Below, one piece after another: positions 48,430-63,272 of a DNA stretch of 64,000 bases. Source of the stretch: Eledone cirrhosa (Eukaryota); assembly GCA_964016885.1 (NCBI GenBank), contig OZ024756.1, positions 11,284,001-11,348,000 of the forward strand, in the 5' to 3' direction. Position 1 is the stretch's first letter, and each line of letters begins with the position of its first letter. Below the pieces are notes generated by a model. The model did no database searches, was not told where the DNA came from, and saw nothing but the letters and a program-made list of their open reading frames with translations. A program made the position numbers and the translations under genes.

Positions 48430-50948
48430 AATTCTGTGATACAAGTGCATTAACGATTTGCAACACTAATTTCAAGAAACCTACCAACCACCTAATAAGC
48501 ACATAAGCCAGATTGACTTCTTGCTAGTTAGGCAACAAGACAGACAGATAGTGACTAATACCAAGGCGTACTCTGGGGAAGAATATACCCCACAGCATAG
48601 GTTAGTCGTTAGTGATATCTCAGTAAGCAAGAGATGGAATGAGACATACAGGAAGGTGTGGAGAAGAAAGGTCTGGAAGCTAAAAGACCTTTCACTAAAA
48701 TACAAATTTAGGAAAGCCCTTCAAGATGTGTATGACGAAAAAGAAGATGATTTAGAGACGTATGACATAGATAATAACTGGAATTTCTTACCTGACAACT
48801 TACTGCAGGCTACTTAAGAAATTTGTGGCTGGAGCAGAGCTCCGACCAGACAGAGAGTGACCTGGTGGTGGAACAACATGGTAGATAGGGCCATTAGAGA
48901 CAAAAGACTAGCATGGAACGCTTGGGAAAATGGTGGGAGTAGAGACTGATACACAGCCGCTAAGTGAGAAGCTAGACGTCAGGTGTACTTAGCACGCAGG
49001 AAAGCTGAGAGTAGGAGGTTTGCCAATGTTCTGCAACGGGAAGATCAGAGATGTCCAGTGTTCCACATTGCAAGGCAGTGTGTCAGTATAAATCAGGATG
49101 TTGTTGGAGATAAGTGTGTCCGGAATAATGCCAGTGTACTTAGTGTCACGAATGATCAGAAAAAGGAGGCCTAGAAATGTCATTATGAGAGACTGATGAA
49201 TGTGGAGAACGAATGGGAGAGAGAGAAACTACCTCCAGTAGACCCGACAGAGGGACCAGCTATTGAGATTGACGAATATAGGGTCCAAGAGGCAATTAAG
49301 GAAATGAAAAGTGGTAAGGCCACTGGACCATCGGGGATAGTTGCTGAGATGCTGAAGGCATCAGGAAAAGTAGGCACTAAACTGGTTGCACGCATCATCA
49401 ATCAGGCTATATATGGTGGTGCCATACCCAAAGACTGGTGCAGCAGTATTCTTATAAATTGCTACAAAGGTAAAGGGGATGCTCTGGAGAGGAGCAATTA
49501 TAGGAGCATAAAACTGATGGATCAGGTTATGAAAGTGGCAGAAAGAATATTAGAGCAACTAATTAAAGAAAGGGTCAAATTAGATGAGATGCAGTTTGGT
49601 TTTGTGCCTGGGAAAAGTACAACAGATACCCTCTTCTTAGTGAGGCAACTACAAGAGAGGTTCTTAGAGAAGAATAAGCCACTATACTTAGCTTTTGTTG
49701 ATCTAAAGAAGGCCTTTGATAGGGTACCCCAATCTGTCATGTGGTGGTCCCTAAGGAAACTAGGTGTAGAGGAATGGCTTGTGAGGATGTGCAAGCTTTG
49801 TACAGGGGTGCTGTCAGTAAAGTGAGAGTAGGAATGGAGTTTAGTGAGGAATTCCAGATACAAGTAGGAGTACATCAGGGTTCAGTCCTCAGCCTGCTCT
49901 TGTTCATTATAGTCCTCCAAGCCATAACAGAGGAGTTTAAGACTGGCTGCCCATGGGAACTTCTCTATGGTACTTATAGCAGAATCAGTAGAGGAGCTAG
50001 AGAATAAATTCTGGCTATAGAAACAACAATTGGAATCAAGAGGACTGAGAATAAACCTATTTAAGATAAAAGTGTTGATAAGTAGAAAAGAGAACAAAAC
50101 TCTGATTCCATCAGGGAAATGGCCATGTTCGATATGTAGAAAAGGAACTGGCATAAATTCTATAAAATGTACACAATGTAGATCTTGGGTACACAAGAGA
50201 TGTAGTGGGATAGCAGGCAAACCAACAAGTAGGGAAAACTATGTATACAGTAGATGTACAGGGAAATTTGACAGTAGAAGTCACAGTGATATACACATTT
50301 TTCAAATGCAGGTTCTATAGAAGTGGTTGATAGCTTCCGGTACCTAGATGATCAGATTAGCAAGGGAGGTGGGTGCTTCAAGGCCATAGATTCTAGAATA
50401 AGGACGGGTTGGAAGAACTTTAGGGGGCTGCTTCCTCTGTTGACAAAGAAGGGTTTCTCGCTACAAACGAAAGCCTGGTTATATTATGTCTGTGTGAGAT
50501 ATCCAATGCTGCATGGTAGTGAGACATGGGCAGCAACTGCAGAGGATATGTGATGGCTGGAGAGAAATGAAGCAAACATGCTCCGATGGATGTGCAATGT
50601 CAATGTGTGTGAATGACCAAGCATGGATGAGTTGAGAGAGAAACTGTGTATAAGAGGGATAAGTTGTAGTGTGTGGGAGAAAAGACTGTAATGGTATGGA
50701 CATGTGATGCACATGGAGGATGACCGCTGGGTAAAGAAGTGCCAAGAAATCCCAGTAGAAGGAAGACACAGTAGAGGAAGGCCATGAAAATCATGGGCAG
50801 AGGTGGTGAGAGGTGACCTCAGATTGCTGAAGCTCAGGGAGGAAATGACAAAGGACCATGACAAGTGGGGAGATGCTGTGCTGAATAAAACCTGTCCCAC
50901 CCTTGCAAGCAGGGACAAGCGAGCATAAATTGATGATGATGATGATGA
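48430..50948 (+). mobile_element. Degenerate RTE LINE (subfamily B)
   Basis: APE C-half, FVDLKKAFD, GVHQGSVLS, PHD-like finger; multiple stops and frameshifts; (GAT)n tail. Confidence 0.9.
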
Positions 50949-50961
50949 TATACATATATAC

Positions 50962-51803
50962 AAGGGTTCTCTCTAAAAATGAAGGGCAGGCTGTATGATG
51001 CATGCATACGAATAACAATATTACATGGCAGTGAGACCTGGGCATTGTGTGTAGAGGATATACGCAGACTGGAGAGGAACAAAGCTTGCATGCTCCGCTG
51101 GATGTATAATAGTAATATACGTGAACGGCAAAGCATAAACGAACTAAGGGAGAAAGTAGGAATAAGAGGGATCAGATGTTGTTTACTCGAGAGAAGACTA
51201 CGTTGGTACGGTCATGTGATGCGCATGAAAGACGACAGCTGTATAAAAAAGTGCAGGGCGATAAAAATAGACGGTAGCCACGGAGTAGGCAGACCCAGAA
51301 AAACCTGGGACGACTTGATAAATTCTGACCTCACACACTTACACCTCTCCAAGACAATGTCACTGGACCGAGATCTTTGGCGCTACACAGTAATACAGAA
51401 GACCCGCCTTGCCTAAGTACAAAGCGAAACCTACAGTCAGTCGGCAAAAATACAACCCTGTCCCACTAGCCACACCCCATCCACACCACCCCCTTCAATG
51501 TGAAGTTATGTTGGTACCACAACATCCAGTCCGAAACAAATGAGGTCGTGTAGGTGTCACGACAAAAAAAACACACAGTCCACGCTGTAATGTGGCCGTG
51601 TAGGTAACACGGTGAAAACCTCCCAGCCCCACACTGTAAATGTGGTTGGTGTTGGGAAGGGCATCCAGCCGTAGAAAACCCGCCAGACAGTCCTATGTGA
51701 GCAGGACAACCACTCTTGCTTCAAGTGGGAAAACTCCCGTCCAAACCCATGCAAGCGTGGAGAGATGGACGTTAAACGATGATGATGATGATGATGATGA
51801 TGA
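50962..51803 (+). mobile_element. 5'-truncated RTE LINE
   Basis: ORF 50979-51416 MKGRLYDACIR...LRWYGHV; (GAT)n tail. Confidence 0.9.
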
Positions 51804-51961
51804 CATATGTAAGTGACATGTATGCTCACTTGAGCACTAATCCCAGACACATAGACAGAATTGATTAAATTAAATAAACTAAAATATACCAAGACTGCTT
51901 TAGCTTCAACATAGACCTGCAAATAGTTAAAGATATATGGAGTGGACTTGCTTACATGTGC

Positions 51962-51964
<3 letters not shown>

Positions 51965-51999
<35 letters not shown>

Positions 52000-52005
52000 C
52001 TCTGT

Positions 52006-52084
<79 letters not shown>

Positions 52085-52433
52085 TCTCTTTCTTTCACTC
52101 TCTCTCTCACTCTCCACACACTCTCTCACTTACACTCTCTCGCTCTCTCTCTATCTCACTCTCTTACACAATCTCTCTTTCTCTCTCTCTTTCCCTCTCT
52201 TTCTCTCACTCTCTCTCTCACACACTCTCTCTCTCTCACTCACACTCTCTCGCACTCTCTCTATCTCACTCTCTTACACACTCTCTCTCTTTCTCTCTCT
52301 CTTTCCCTCTCTTTCTCTCACTCTCTTTCTCTCACTCTCTCTCTCTCACTCTCCACACACTCTCTCTCTCACACACACTCTTTCTCTCTCACTCACACTC
52401 TCTCGCACTCTCTCTATCTCACTCTCTTACACA

Positions 52434-52495
<62 letters not shown>

Positions 52496-52541
52496 TTCAC
52501 ACACACACATTCTCTCTCTCTCTCTCATTCACACACACACA

Positions 52542-52581
<40 letters not shown>
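51965..52581. repeat. (CT)n/(CA)n compound microsatellite
   Basis: Direct reading. Confidence 0.95.
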
Positions 52582-52582
<1 letters not shown>

Positions 52583-52609
52583 CATATATAATGATAACTA
52601 CAGTTTTGA

Positions 52610-53487
52610 TCACCATCATCACCACCACCACCACCATCATCATCATCACCACCACCATCACCATCACCACTACCACCACCATCATCATCCCCACCACCAC
52701 CATCATCATCCCCACCACCATCACCACCATCACCACCACCACCACCACCATCACCACCACCATCACCACCACCACCACCACCATCATCATCCCCACCACC
52801 ACCACCATCACCACCACCATCATCCCCACCACCACCATCCCCACCACCACCATCACCACCACCACCACCATCACCACCACCACCATCATTGTCATCATTT
52901 AATGTCTCTCCTCCATGCCCCCAACTGCTGGACTGGTCCGTGCTACCCCGACCCTGGCCCTTACACCTCACATCCATGTTACAGAGCGTACCAGGTGCAT
53001 TTTATCGTGTCACTATCACCATCACCACTAGTACTATCATCATCATCATCATGGTCTTTACCGTCATCATCATCATCATCAATACAGACACCATCACCAT
53101 CATCACCATAACCACCATCATTACCATCATCATCATCATCATCATCATCGTCATTTGACATACATTCCCACACAGTACAGGGTGTACCAGTTGTTCTGGC
53201 CCTTTGTTCTTAAGTTTTCTGTGTCTAAAGTGGCGGGTGCCCTTCCTATCACCACCACCACCACCACCACCACCAACACCACCACTACCGCTACCACCAC
53301 CACCACAACAACAACACCACCACCACCACCACCACCACCATCACTACCATCAACACTACCACCACCAACACCACCACCAGCAACAACACCACTACCACCA
53401 CAACACACCACTACCACCACCACAACAACAACAACACCACCACCACCAACACAACAACAACACCACAACAAAAACACCACCACCACC

Positions 53488-53526
<39 letters not shown>

Positions 53527-54690
53527 CCACAACAACAACAACAACACCACCACAACAACACCACCACCAACACGACCACAACAACAACACCACCACCACC
53601 AACAACACAACAACAACACCACCACAACAACAACAACACCACCACCACCAACAACACCACCACCACCACAACAACAACACCACCACCACAAAACAACACC
53701 ACAACAACAACACCACCACCACCACCACAACAACAACAACACCACCACAACACCAACACCACTACCAATACCACCACCACCACCACCACAACAACAACAA
53801 CAACAACACCACAACAACAACAACAACACCACCACAACAACACCACCACCAACACGACCACAACAACAACACCACCACCACCAACAACACAACAACAACA
53901 CCACCACAACAACAACAACACCACCACCACCAACAACACCACCACCACAACAACAACACCACCACCACAAAACAACACCACAACAACAACACCACCACCA
54001 CCACCACAACAACAACAACACCACCACAACACCAACACCACTACCAATACCACCACCACCACCACCACAACAACAACAACAACAACAACAACAACACCAC
54101 AACAACAACAACAACACCACCACAACAACACCACCACCAACACGACCACAACAACAACACCACCACCACCAACAACACAACAACAACACCACCACAACAA
54201 CAACAACACCACCACCACCAACAACACCACCACCACAACAACAACACCACCACCACAAAACAACACCACAACAACAACACCACCACCACCACCACCACAA
54301 CAACAACAACACCACCACAACACCAACACCACTACCAATACCACCACCACCACCACCACAACAACAACAACAACAACAACAACACCACCACCACCACTAC
54401 CAACACCAACACCACCACAACAACAACACCACCACCACCAACAACACAACAACAACACCACCACAACAACAACAACACCACCACCACCAACAACACCACC
54501 ACCACAACAACAACAACACCACCACCACAAAACAACACCACAACAACAACACCACCACCACCACCACAACAACAACAACACCACCACAACACCAACACCA
54601 CTACCAATACCACCACCACCACCACCACAACAACAACAACAACAACACACCACCACCACCACTACCAACACCAACACCATCACTACCATT
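52610..54690. repeat. (CAC/CAT/CAA)n trinucleotide-derived low-complexity array with higher-order repeats
   Basis: Direct reading; ~280-290-bp blocks recur between 53500 and 54400. Confidence 0.92.
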
Positions 54691-55409
54691 AACCTAGCCA
54701 ATGGTGTAATGGTTAATATTAGCTACCATTTACTGGAAATTGTATTTACAAGAAAACAGCAATTTCATTTCCAATTAGTTTTGCTACTGTGGTAACCTAA
54801 AACTGCTGCTAATACTAAACAGGCTCTATTAACTAAACAACTACGTTCTATACTAGTAAGATTTTATTGATTTTGATTCTTAGACCAATTCTCTGAAAGT
54901 TAGTAGTTAAAAAAAGAATATTGTTGTTCCACAGAGAAGCTAGTGACTTGGTACTAGAAGATAGCCAGAGAAAATTGCTAAATATGTACATCGAAATATT
55001 CTGAATGCAAAGATGCAAAGAATAACTTGAGCTTTACTGAAAATTAATTGGATTAAGATGAATGCAAAAGGTTGAGGTCATTTCTTAAGGATGGAGTGGT
55101 TCAATGGTGGTCTTAAATTGCTTTTACAATGTCCTGCATTTATTAATGTTCTCGGTTCAGATTGGAATGAGGTCATTTTTTTTTTTATTTCATTTCCTGT
55201 AGAGTTAATAAAATATGTACCAGAGATACATTGGGGGGGGGGGGTTCAATCAACTCCAGTCTATATTGTCTATAACTGTTGTGTGACCTTGTACCCATGT
55301 GGAAAATCCTTATATTATGAGACGCTCCAAGACAGTTTCAGAAATTCTGAAAGCAAAAATGAAATTAAATAAACTATCTAGATATGTTTCATCATTTTCA
55401 CTAAAACTA

Positions 55410-55905
55410 ATCAAATGTAACTTTATTTTGAGCTTAGGTTAGAGATAACGTGATCAAATGTAACTTTATTTTGAGCTCAGATAGAGGTAATGTGATCAAA
55501 TGTAACTTTATTTTGAGCTCAGATAGAGGAAACGTGATCAAATGTAACTTTATTTTGAGCTTACATTTAGAGATAACGTGATCAAATGTAACTTTATTTT
55601 GAGCTCAGATAGAGGTAACGTGATCAAATGTAACTTTATTTTGAGCTCAGATAGAGGTAACGTGATCAAATGTAACTTTATTTTGAGCTTAGGTTAGAGA
55701 TAACGTGATCAAATGTAACTTTATTTTGAGCTTAGGTTAGAGATAACATGATCAAATAAAATTTCATATTTGAGCTTAGATTAGAGGTAACATAACCAGG
55801 AGTAATTTATTTAAGCTCAGGTTAGAGGTAATATGATCAAACATAACTTTATATTTGAGCTCAGACAGGGATTACATGATCAAATGCAACTTTATAATTG
55901 AGCTT
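55410..55905. repeat. 42-43-bp minisatellite, ~11-12 copies
   Basis: Unit GATCAAATGTAACTTTATTTTGAGCTTAGGTTAGAGATAACGT. Confidence 0.9.
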
Positions 55906-55907
55906 AG

Positions 55908-57076
55908 ATAGTGGTGGTGCTGGTGGTTGTGATGGGGATGGGGGGGGGGGGGGGGGTGATAGTGGTGGTGGTGGTGATAGTGATGGTGGTGCTGAAAGTG
56001 ATGGTGGTGGTGGTGGTGGTGGTGATAGTGATGGTGGTAGTGTTGGTGGTGATAGTGATGGTTGTGGTAGTGGTGGTGATAGTGGTGGTGGTGGTGGATG
56101 TGATGGTGGTGGTGCTGCTGGTGGTGGTGGTGATAGTGGTGGTGGTGGATGTGATGGTGGTGGTGTTACGGTGGAAGTGTTGGTGGTGGTTGTGACAGTG
56201 ATAGTGGTGATGGTGGTGGTGTTATGGTTGTAGTGTTGGTGGTGATGGTGGTGGTGGTGGTGGTGATAGTGATGGTGGTGGTGATAGTGATGGTGGTGGT
56301 GATAGTGATGGTGGTGGTGGTGGTGGTGGTGATAGTGATGGTGGTGGTGATAGTGATGGTGGTGCTGAAAGTGATGGTGGTGGTGGTGGTGGTGGTGATA
56401 GTGATGGTGGTAGTGTTGGTGGTGATAGTGATGGTTGTGGTAGTGGTGGTGATAGTGGTGGTGGTGGTGGATGTGATGGTGGTGGTGCTGCTGGTGGTGG
56501 TGGTGATAGTGGTGGTGGTGGATGTGATGGTGGTGGTGTTACGGTGGAAGTGTTGGTGGTGGTTGTGACAGTGATAGTGGTGATGGTGGTGGTGTTATGG
56601 TTGTAGTGTTGGTGGTGATGGTGGTGGTGGTGGTGGTGATAGTGATGGTGGTGGTGATAGTGATGGTGGTGGTGATAGTGATGGTGGTGGTGGTGGTGGT
56701 GGTGATAGTGATGGTGGTGGTGATAGTGATGGTGGTGGTGGTGGTGGTGGTGATAGTGATGGTGGTGGTGGTGTTACGGTGGTGGTGGTGGTTGTGATGG
56801 TGGTGGTGCTGGTGGTGGTGTTATGGTGGTAGTGTTGGTGGTGATGGTGGTGGTGGTGGTGGTGGTTGTGGTAGTGGTGGTGGGGGCGGTGCTGGTGGTG
56901 GTATTGGTGGAGAAATTATGTGGAAATACAGAAGCATGGGAAAATATTGTCTAACAAACCTGTCCAAGCATGTCATCATTGTGAGAGATAGGTACTAATA
57001 TATGGTGGTGGTGGGGATGGTGGTGGTGGAGGTAGGGGGGTGATACTGGTGATAGTGATGATGATGATGGTAATGG

Positions 57077-57110
<34 letters not shown>

Positions 57111-57418
57111 CGTGGCGATGGTGATGGTGATGGTGATGATGGTGGTGCCGATCGTGCTGATTATGATGAGGGTGATGATGGTGATGGTGGTGGTGGTGAT
57201 GATGATCGTGGCGATGGTGATGGTGATGATGGTGGTGCCGATGGTGCTGATTATGATGATGGTGGTGATGGTGATGGTGATGATGATAATGGTGAGGGTG
57301 ATGGTGGCGATGATCACAGTGGTGATGATCATGGTGGTGATGAGGATGGTGCTGATTGTGATGGTGCTGATGGTGATGGTGGTGGTGATGATGATGGTGG
57401 TGGTGGTGATGGTGGGTA
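55908..57418. repeat. (GGT/GAT)n low-complexity arrays
   Basis: Direct reading. Confidence 0.92.
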
Positions 57419-57570
57419 GCATTTATATCAGTGGTTGCTGTCCAAGTTAAAGAAAATCAAAGTATTATATATACTAGCAGAAAACCACCCTTGAGGTGGT
57501 TTTCTGCTAGTATGTGTAGAGTGTATATTGATATTATACGCAAGTATACATGCATGTAGATATGATACAT

Positions 57571-60500
57571 CATCATCCTCATCATCAACACCGCTTTACA
57601 TCCGTTCTTCCACGCTAGTATGGGTTAGATGGGTTGTCCTGTTGTTGCCAGTGTCCAGTCGGCTGACCATGCCTTGCTCATACGGGAACTGAATCTGGCT
57701 TGATTTCTACAGCTGGATGCCCTTCCTAACACCAACCTCATTTACAGGGAGTGCTGGATGCTGTTTTTTCCGTGGCGCCTACACGTCCACTTTACAGTGT
57801 GGACTGGGTGCTTTTTTGCCGTGGCACCTCCACGACCACTTTGCAGTGAGAGGGTGTGGGGGCATATTGTCTATATGCTTCAGCTTCGGCTTGTACCCGT
57901 GGGAAGTCGGGTCTTCTGTATTACTGCATGACGCCAGAAGTCAAGGTCATGTGTCATCGCCTTTGAGAGGTGTAATTGGGTAAGGTCGGCTTTTATCACC
58001 TCATCCCAGGTCTACTTGGGTCTCCCCACTCCGCAGCTTCCATCGACTTCTAATGCTCTGCACCTTTTTATGCAGCTGTCATCCTTCATACGCATCATAT
58101 GTCCATACCAATGTCCATACGCTTCTCCTGCACACAGCATTTGATTCCTCTTATGCTCAGTCTCTCTCTCCCAATTCATTTATGCTTTGCCATTCACATA
58201 TATTACTATTACACATCCATCGGAGCATGGAAGCTTCGTTTCTTTCTAATCTACGCAAGTCTTCTACAGACAGCGCCCAGGTCTCACTACCATGTAACAT
58301 TGCTGTTCATATACACGCTTCATACAGTCTGCCTTTCATTGTGAGGGAAAAGCCATTTGCAGCTATCAGTGGCAGTAGCTCCCTGAACTTCTTCTATCTC
58401 GTTCTTACCCTAGTTATTGTACTTTCCGAACACCCACCTCCACTGCTAATTCGGTCACCTAGGTAGCAGAAGCTGTCTACTGTTTCTACAGAGCCCTCCC
58501 AGAGATTGGTGGTACTTGTTTCCTGTGGCTGTTTGCTGCTTGCTGTCTCAGCACAGCTGCTACATGTGAAACCTACATTCTTAGTTAAGCTTCCTGATAT
58601 CCCACTACATCTCTTGTGTACCCATTGTTTGCATTTGGGGCAAAGGATGGAGTTCCTACCTACTGAGCAAGTCAATTTCCTTGAGGGGATCTGGGTCCTG
58701 TGTTCTTGTCTACTTATGAGGACCTTAGTCTTTGTCAGGTTGACTTTGAGACCATTTCTTTCTAGTCCCTGCTTCCATGTTTGGAATTTCTTCTCTAGTT
58801 CCACCATAGATTCAGCTATAAGTGCGATATCATCCACATATAGGAGTTAACATGGGCATCCAGTCTTAAACTCCTCCGTTATTGCCTGCAATACTATAAT
58901 GAACAGGAGAGCACTAAGAACAGAGCCCTGGTGGACACTGACCTGTATGCTAACTTTGCTGACTGCTTCTCTATACATGGTTTGTACAGCTTTCACAAGC
59001 CATTCATCTACTCCTAGTTTTCTAAGAGCCCACCAGATAATAGCCCGGAGGACTCTGTCAAAGGCTTTTTCCAGATCGATGAATGCCAGCTAGAGCGGCT
59101 TATTTTTAGCTAGGTACTTTTCCTGTAACTGCCTCACAAGGAAGAGGGCATCAGTGGTGCCTTTTCCTGGTACAAACCTAAATTGCATCTCATCTAATTT
59201 TACCCAGTCCTTAATCAGCTGTGCTATAACTCTTTCCATTACTTTCATGACCTGGTCCATCAACTTTATACCTCTATAGTTTCCTCTATCTAGTGCATCA
59301 CCTTTACCCTTGTAGCAGTTGACAATGATGCTGCTGCACCAATCCTTTCGTATGACACCTTCTAGTATTACCTGGTTAACAATACGTGTGGTTATAGTGT
59401 GACCTACTGACCCAGATGCCATCAGCATCTCGGCAGCTATACCTGATGGACCAGTTGCCTTCCCCGTCTTCATATCTTTGATTGCCTTACTTACTACGCA
59501 GCTGCTGACTTGTACTGCTGGTCCCTAGGGTCTGCTTGGGGTAGGGTCTCTTCTTCCCATGCATTCTCCTCATTTAGTAGTCTTTCATAATGGCTCTTCC
59601 ACACATCTTTCTTCTCAGAACTTGTGAGGGCAAGCTCACCTTTATCATTCCGGATACACTTCTCTCCAATGACATCACAATTCTCTCTGACAAACTGCCT
59701 CACAATCTTGAACACCTCCTGTTTCTGGTCCTCTCGTTGCAAAACATGCTTGAATTTTCTATCCTCCGCTTCCCTCCTAGCTAAGTATACTTGTCGCCTA
59801 ACTTCCCTCCTGGTCTCTATGTAATGTACCCTGCTTCCCCCATTCTTCCATTCTTTCCATGCCCTTAACTGCCTCATCTACCTTATTGTTCTACCACCAA
59901 GTCACTGTCCTCCTGCCTGTGGTCTTGCTCCAACCGCGGATCTTGTCTATCGCTTTTAGTTAGTTATTTTTTTAGGAACTCCCAATGTTCTTCTTTACTG
60001 TCATAGGTGTCAAGTAAAATATCTTTAAATCTGTTACTGGCTGAGGGGTCTTTCAGCTTCCAGATCTTTCTTCTCCGGGTTGGCCTCTGTTTCCAGATTC
60101 GTCTAGTTCTGACCGTGAGGTCGCTGGCAATTAAGTTATGTTGGGAGGTGCATTCCTCACCAGGGAAGGCTTTTGTGTTTATAACCGTCCATCTATCACA
60201 TCTTCTGATGAGGATAAAATCTATCTGACTAGAATGCTCCCCTGATCTATAGGTGATCAAATGGTTGTCGGGTTTTTTTAAGTTTGTGTTACATATTGAT
60301 TTGTAATTGGCATCACAGAATTCTAGAAGCCTGAAGCCTTCTTCATTTCTTGTGCCAAACCCGTGGCCTCCATGGACTCTATAGAAGCCATCACGGTGTT
60401 TGCCAATTTTTCCGTTGAAATCTCCTGCAATGATTAGGAAGTCATTGTCGTTTGTTAAGGCAGTGGTGTGGATTAGGGACATGTAAAACCTATCCTTAAG

Positions 60501-60960
60501 TTCGTCTGGCAACCCCGATTGGGGTGCGTAAGCTGATATTATTGTAGCAATTGTTTTATTCAAGACTTGTCTGAGTTTGATGATTCTTGCGTTCACCCTG
60601 TTCACTGAGATTACCTTATCAACCTATTTGTCAGCTAATAGTATACCTACACCACCCATCCCATTGTCATTTCCCACCCAGAAAAATTTGTAGCCCTGAC
60701 TTTTGCCTACACAGACTCTAGCAGACTCTCCTCTCCATCTAGTCTCTTGCACACAGCATACATCAATTTCCTTTCACTCTAGCATCTCTACAATTTCTCC
60801 TGCTCTTCCTTTTATTGTGCTTACATTGATGGTTCCAACTCAGAGTTTTGGACATTTGCTATCATTCATGAGAAAGGGTGAATTTTTGTGGTGGTGTGTG
60901 TATGCTTCCTGTCTCTGAATTAAAGCTTTGCATGGGTGCTTGGTAACTCGCGGATTCATA
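57571..60960 (-). mobile_element. Degenerate near full-length RTE LINE (subfamily A)
   Basis: Collinear with 27731-31125 in reverse complement; many stops and deletions; extends further 5'. Confidence 0.92.
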
Positions 60961-61770
60961 TTCATTTATCAATTTGGGGTTGCTCCATTTATCCTCAGCT
61001 CATCCATACAAAATGGTAAAAGAATTCAGGGATAGAAGGGCAGTAGAAGTAATAATGGCAGGGTTTGTTGGGGCTGGTAAGGGGTGGAAGAAAGTAGTCG
61101 TAATAGTAGTAATGGCAGAGTTTGTTGGGGTTGGTAATGGGTGGGTGGGGACATGTTGCTGAGGTTTGATTGGTTGAATATGCTATAGGTGGTGTGAGGG
61201 GGGGGGGGAATTGTGAGAGAGGTAGCCATCATGGCTTAGAGCATCCCAGAAGATTTGGGTGAAATAATCTGATACAAGTACGTATATTAGACAAGGCAAA
61301 TATGTTAGGATTTCGAAGATGTTCATCTACCTTCGTGAACCTCGAAAAGAGGAAGGGAGGTAATGGGTAAGGGGGTAGATGACTTTTGTAGAGAGAGAGA
61401 GAGACACAGTTATAATTGTCAACGTGGGAAAAACAAGTGTAAAAATATATATGAAGGCAAGCGAAATGATATAGAATCGTAATTGACAATATACAAGGAA
61501 ATTGAACAAAGACTGCGTTACACTCTCTTATGTAATCAGTAACGTAATCCATGATTCCTTTAAAAAAAGAGGATATTACATATAAACTGCATTAGGAGAA
61601 AATTAGTGACGGAAATATATAAATGTTTATTTAAGTGATCGCTAACCAGAAGTGTTGACATTTGAAAATTTTAAAGAAGTGAATCTTTAAATAAGTAATA
61701 AAATATATTTAATCAACAGCTACGAAATTTAGTAGATAAATTATGTAATATTCATTCATTATTTATTCAC

Positions 61771-62157
61771 TGGGCGGTGGATTGGCAGTATTGGGAGAGG
61801 GTCGGACGCCATGCTTTGACGTATAGAGTTACGGCCCTTGCCATTCTGAGTTCAAATCCCGCCGAGGTTAACTTTGCCTTTCGGGGTCGATAAAATAAAG
61901 TACCAGTAATGCACTGGGTAATTGCTGGCCTTGTGCCAAAAGTAGAAACAATTATTTATTCAAAGTAGGACGGTGGATTGGCAGTATCGGTAGAGGGTCG
62001 GACGCCATGCTTTCCAGCATAGTTACGTCCCTTTACGATCTGAGTTCAAATCCCGCCGAGGTTGACTTTGCCTTTCATCCTTACGGGGTCGATAAAATAA
62101 AGTACCAGTAATGCACTGGGTAATTGCTGGCCTTGTGCCTAAAGTAGAAACAATTAT
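61771..62157 (+). mobile_element. Two tandem Meta-like SINEs (61771-61955, 61968-62157)
   Basis: GGCGGTGGATTGGCAG head, B box, Meta-like domain. Confidence 0.85.
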
Positions 62158-62259
62158 TTGATATATACATATATATATATATACACAAATAAAAGGCAGA
62201 GTTAATAACTCATACTGATACCCTGTAATTAACAAGCTCAAAGTATAAATACTGAGCAT

Positions 62260-62610
62260 TCATCATCATCATCATCATCATTTCATTTTTACGTCCACTT
62301 TTCCCTGCTTGCAAGGGTGGGACGGGAACTAATTCTGGCTGATTTCTACAGCTGGATGCCCTTCCTAACACCAACCTCATTTACAGTGAGTGCTGGGTGC
62401 TTTTTTGCCGTGGCACCTCCACGACTACTTTGCAGTGGAATGATAGGGACCCCAGTCCCTATCATCTCATTTCTACAGCTGAGTAAACTGGAGCAATGTG
62501 AAATAAAGTGTCTTGCTCAAGGAAACAACACATCACCCAGTCTGAGAATTGAACTCACAACCTTTCGATTGCAAGGCCAATGCTCTAACCACTTATCCAT
62601 GTGCCTCCAT
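62260..62610 (-). mobile_element. tRNA/CORE-like SINE with RTE tail
   Basis: Near-identical to 34905-35250. Confidence 0.88.
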
Positions 62611-62624
62611 TATATAATAATATA

Positions 62625-62812
62625 TGGTGGATTGGCAGTATCGGTAGAGGGTCAGACGCCATGCTTTCCAGCATAGTTACGTCCCTTTACGATCTGAGTT
62701 CAAATCCCGCCGAGGTTGACTTTGCCTTTCATCCTTACGGGGTCGATAAAATAAAGTACCAGTAATACACTGGGTAATTGCTGGCCTTGTGCCTAAAGTA
62801 GAAACAATTATA
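62625..62812 (+). mobile_element. Meta-like SINE
   Basis: Matches family. Confidence 0.85.
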
Positions 62813-62820
62813 TAATAATA

Positions 62821-63272
62821 TATGTAGTAATAAACACAGTAAATTGTGTGTCTAAAATTACGAGGGTTGAAATACCACATTGGTTTGACAAATTTAACCA
62901 GAAGTAAACGGAAAATATATAAAATATACAGACCGTCTCAATAACTATTACATCTCCTGGACAGATTAAAGATGTAATCTGTTTTGCCCTGAGAATTGTG
63001 TTTGTAACAGATAATCCGGGGGCATCATCAGCGAGAGAATTAGATTAAATGTGACAAACACCTAAAACTAAAAGCCACATGAATGAATATTTCACCTCGT
63101 GCGCTATAAGTCAAAAGTGGTGTGAGTGGATAGGCTAGAAACAATAGCCTTAATACACACAACTTATAAGCTAGTTAGGGAGCCAAAATACAAATAAGAG
63201 GCAGAGTTAGTAGCTCCTATTTCAAACCTCGTAATTTTAGACACACGATTTACTGTATTTATTACGACATAT
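62821..63272. mobile_element. Short inverted-arm element with decayed hammerhead
   Basis: Arms ~62821-62874 and ~63217-63272; minus 62954-63036 reads CTGATGA-TGCCC...GGGC-AAAA-CAGATTA-CATCTT-TAATCT-GTC. Confidence 0.5.

Noticed and set aside
53155-54795. 500+ aa ORFs (poly-T/P/Q/H) and similar ORFs at 51937-53111 and 55898-57450
   Set aside because: Stop-free by-products of trinucleotide and dinucleotide repeats, open in several frames and on both strands; no domain
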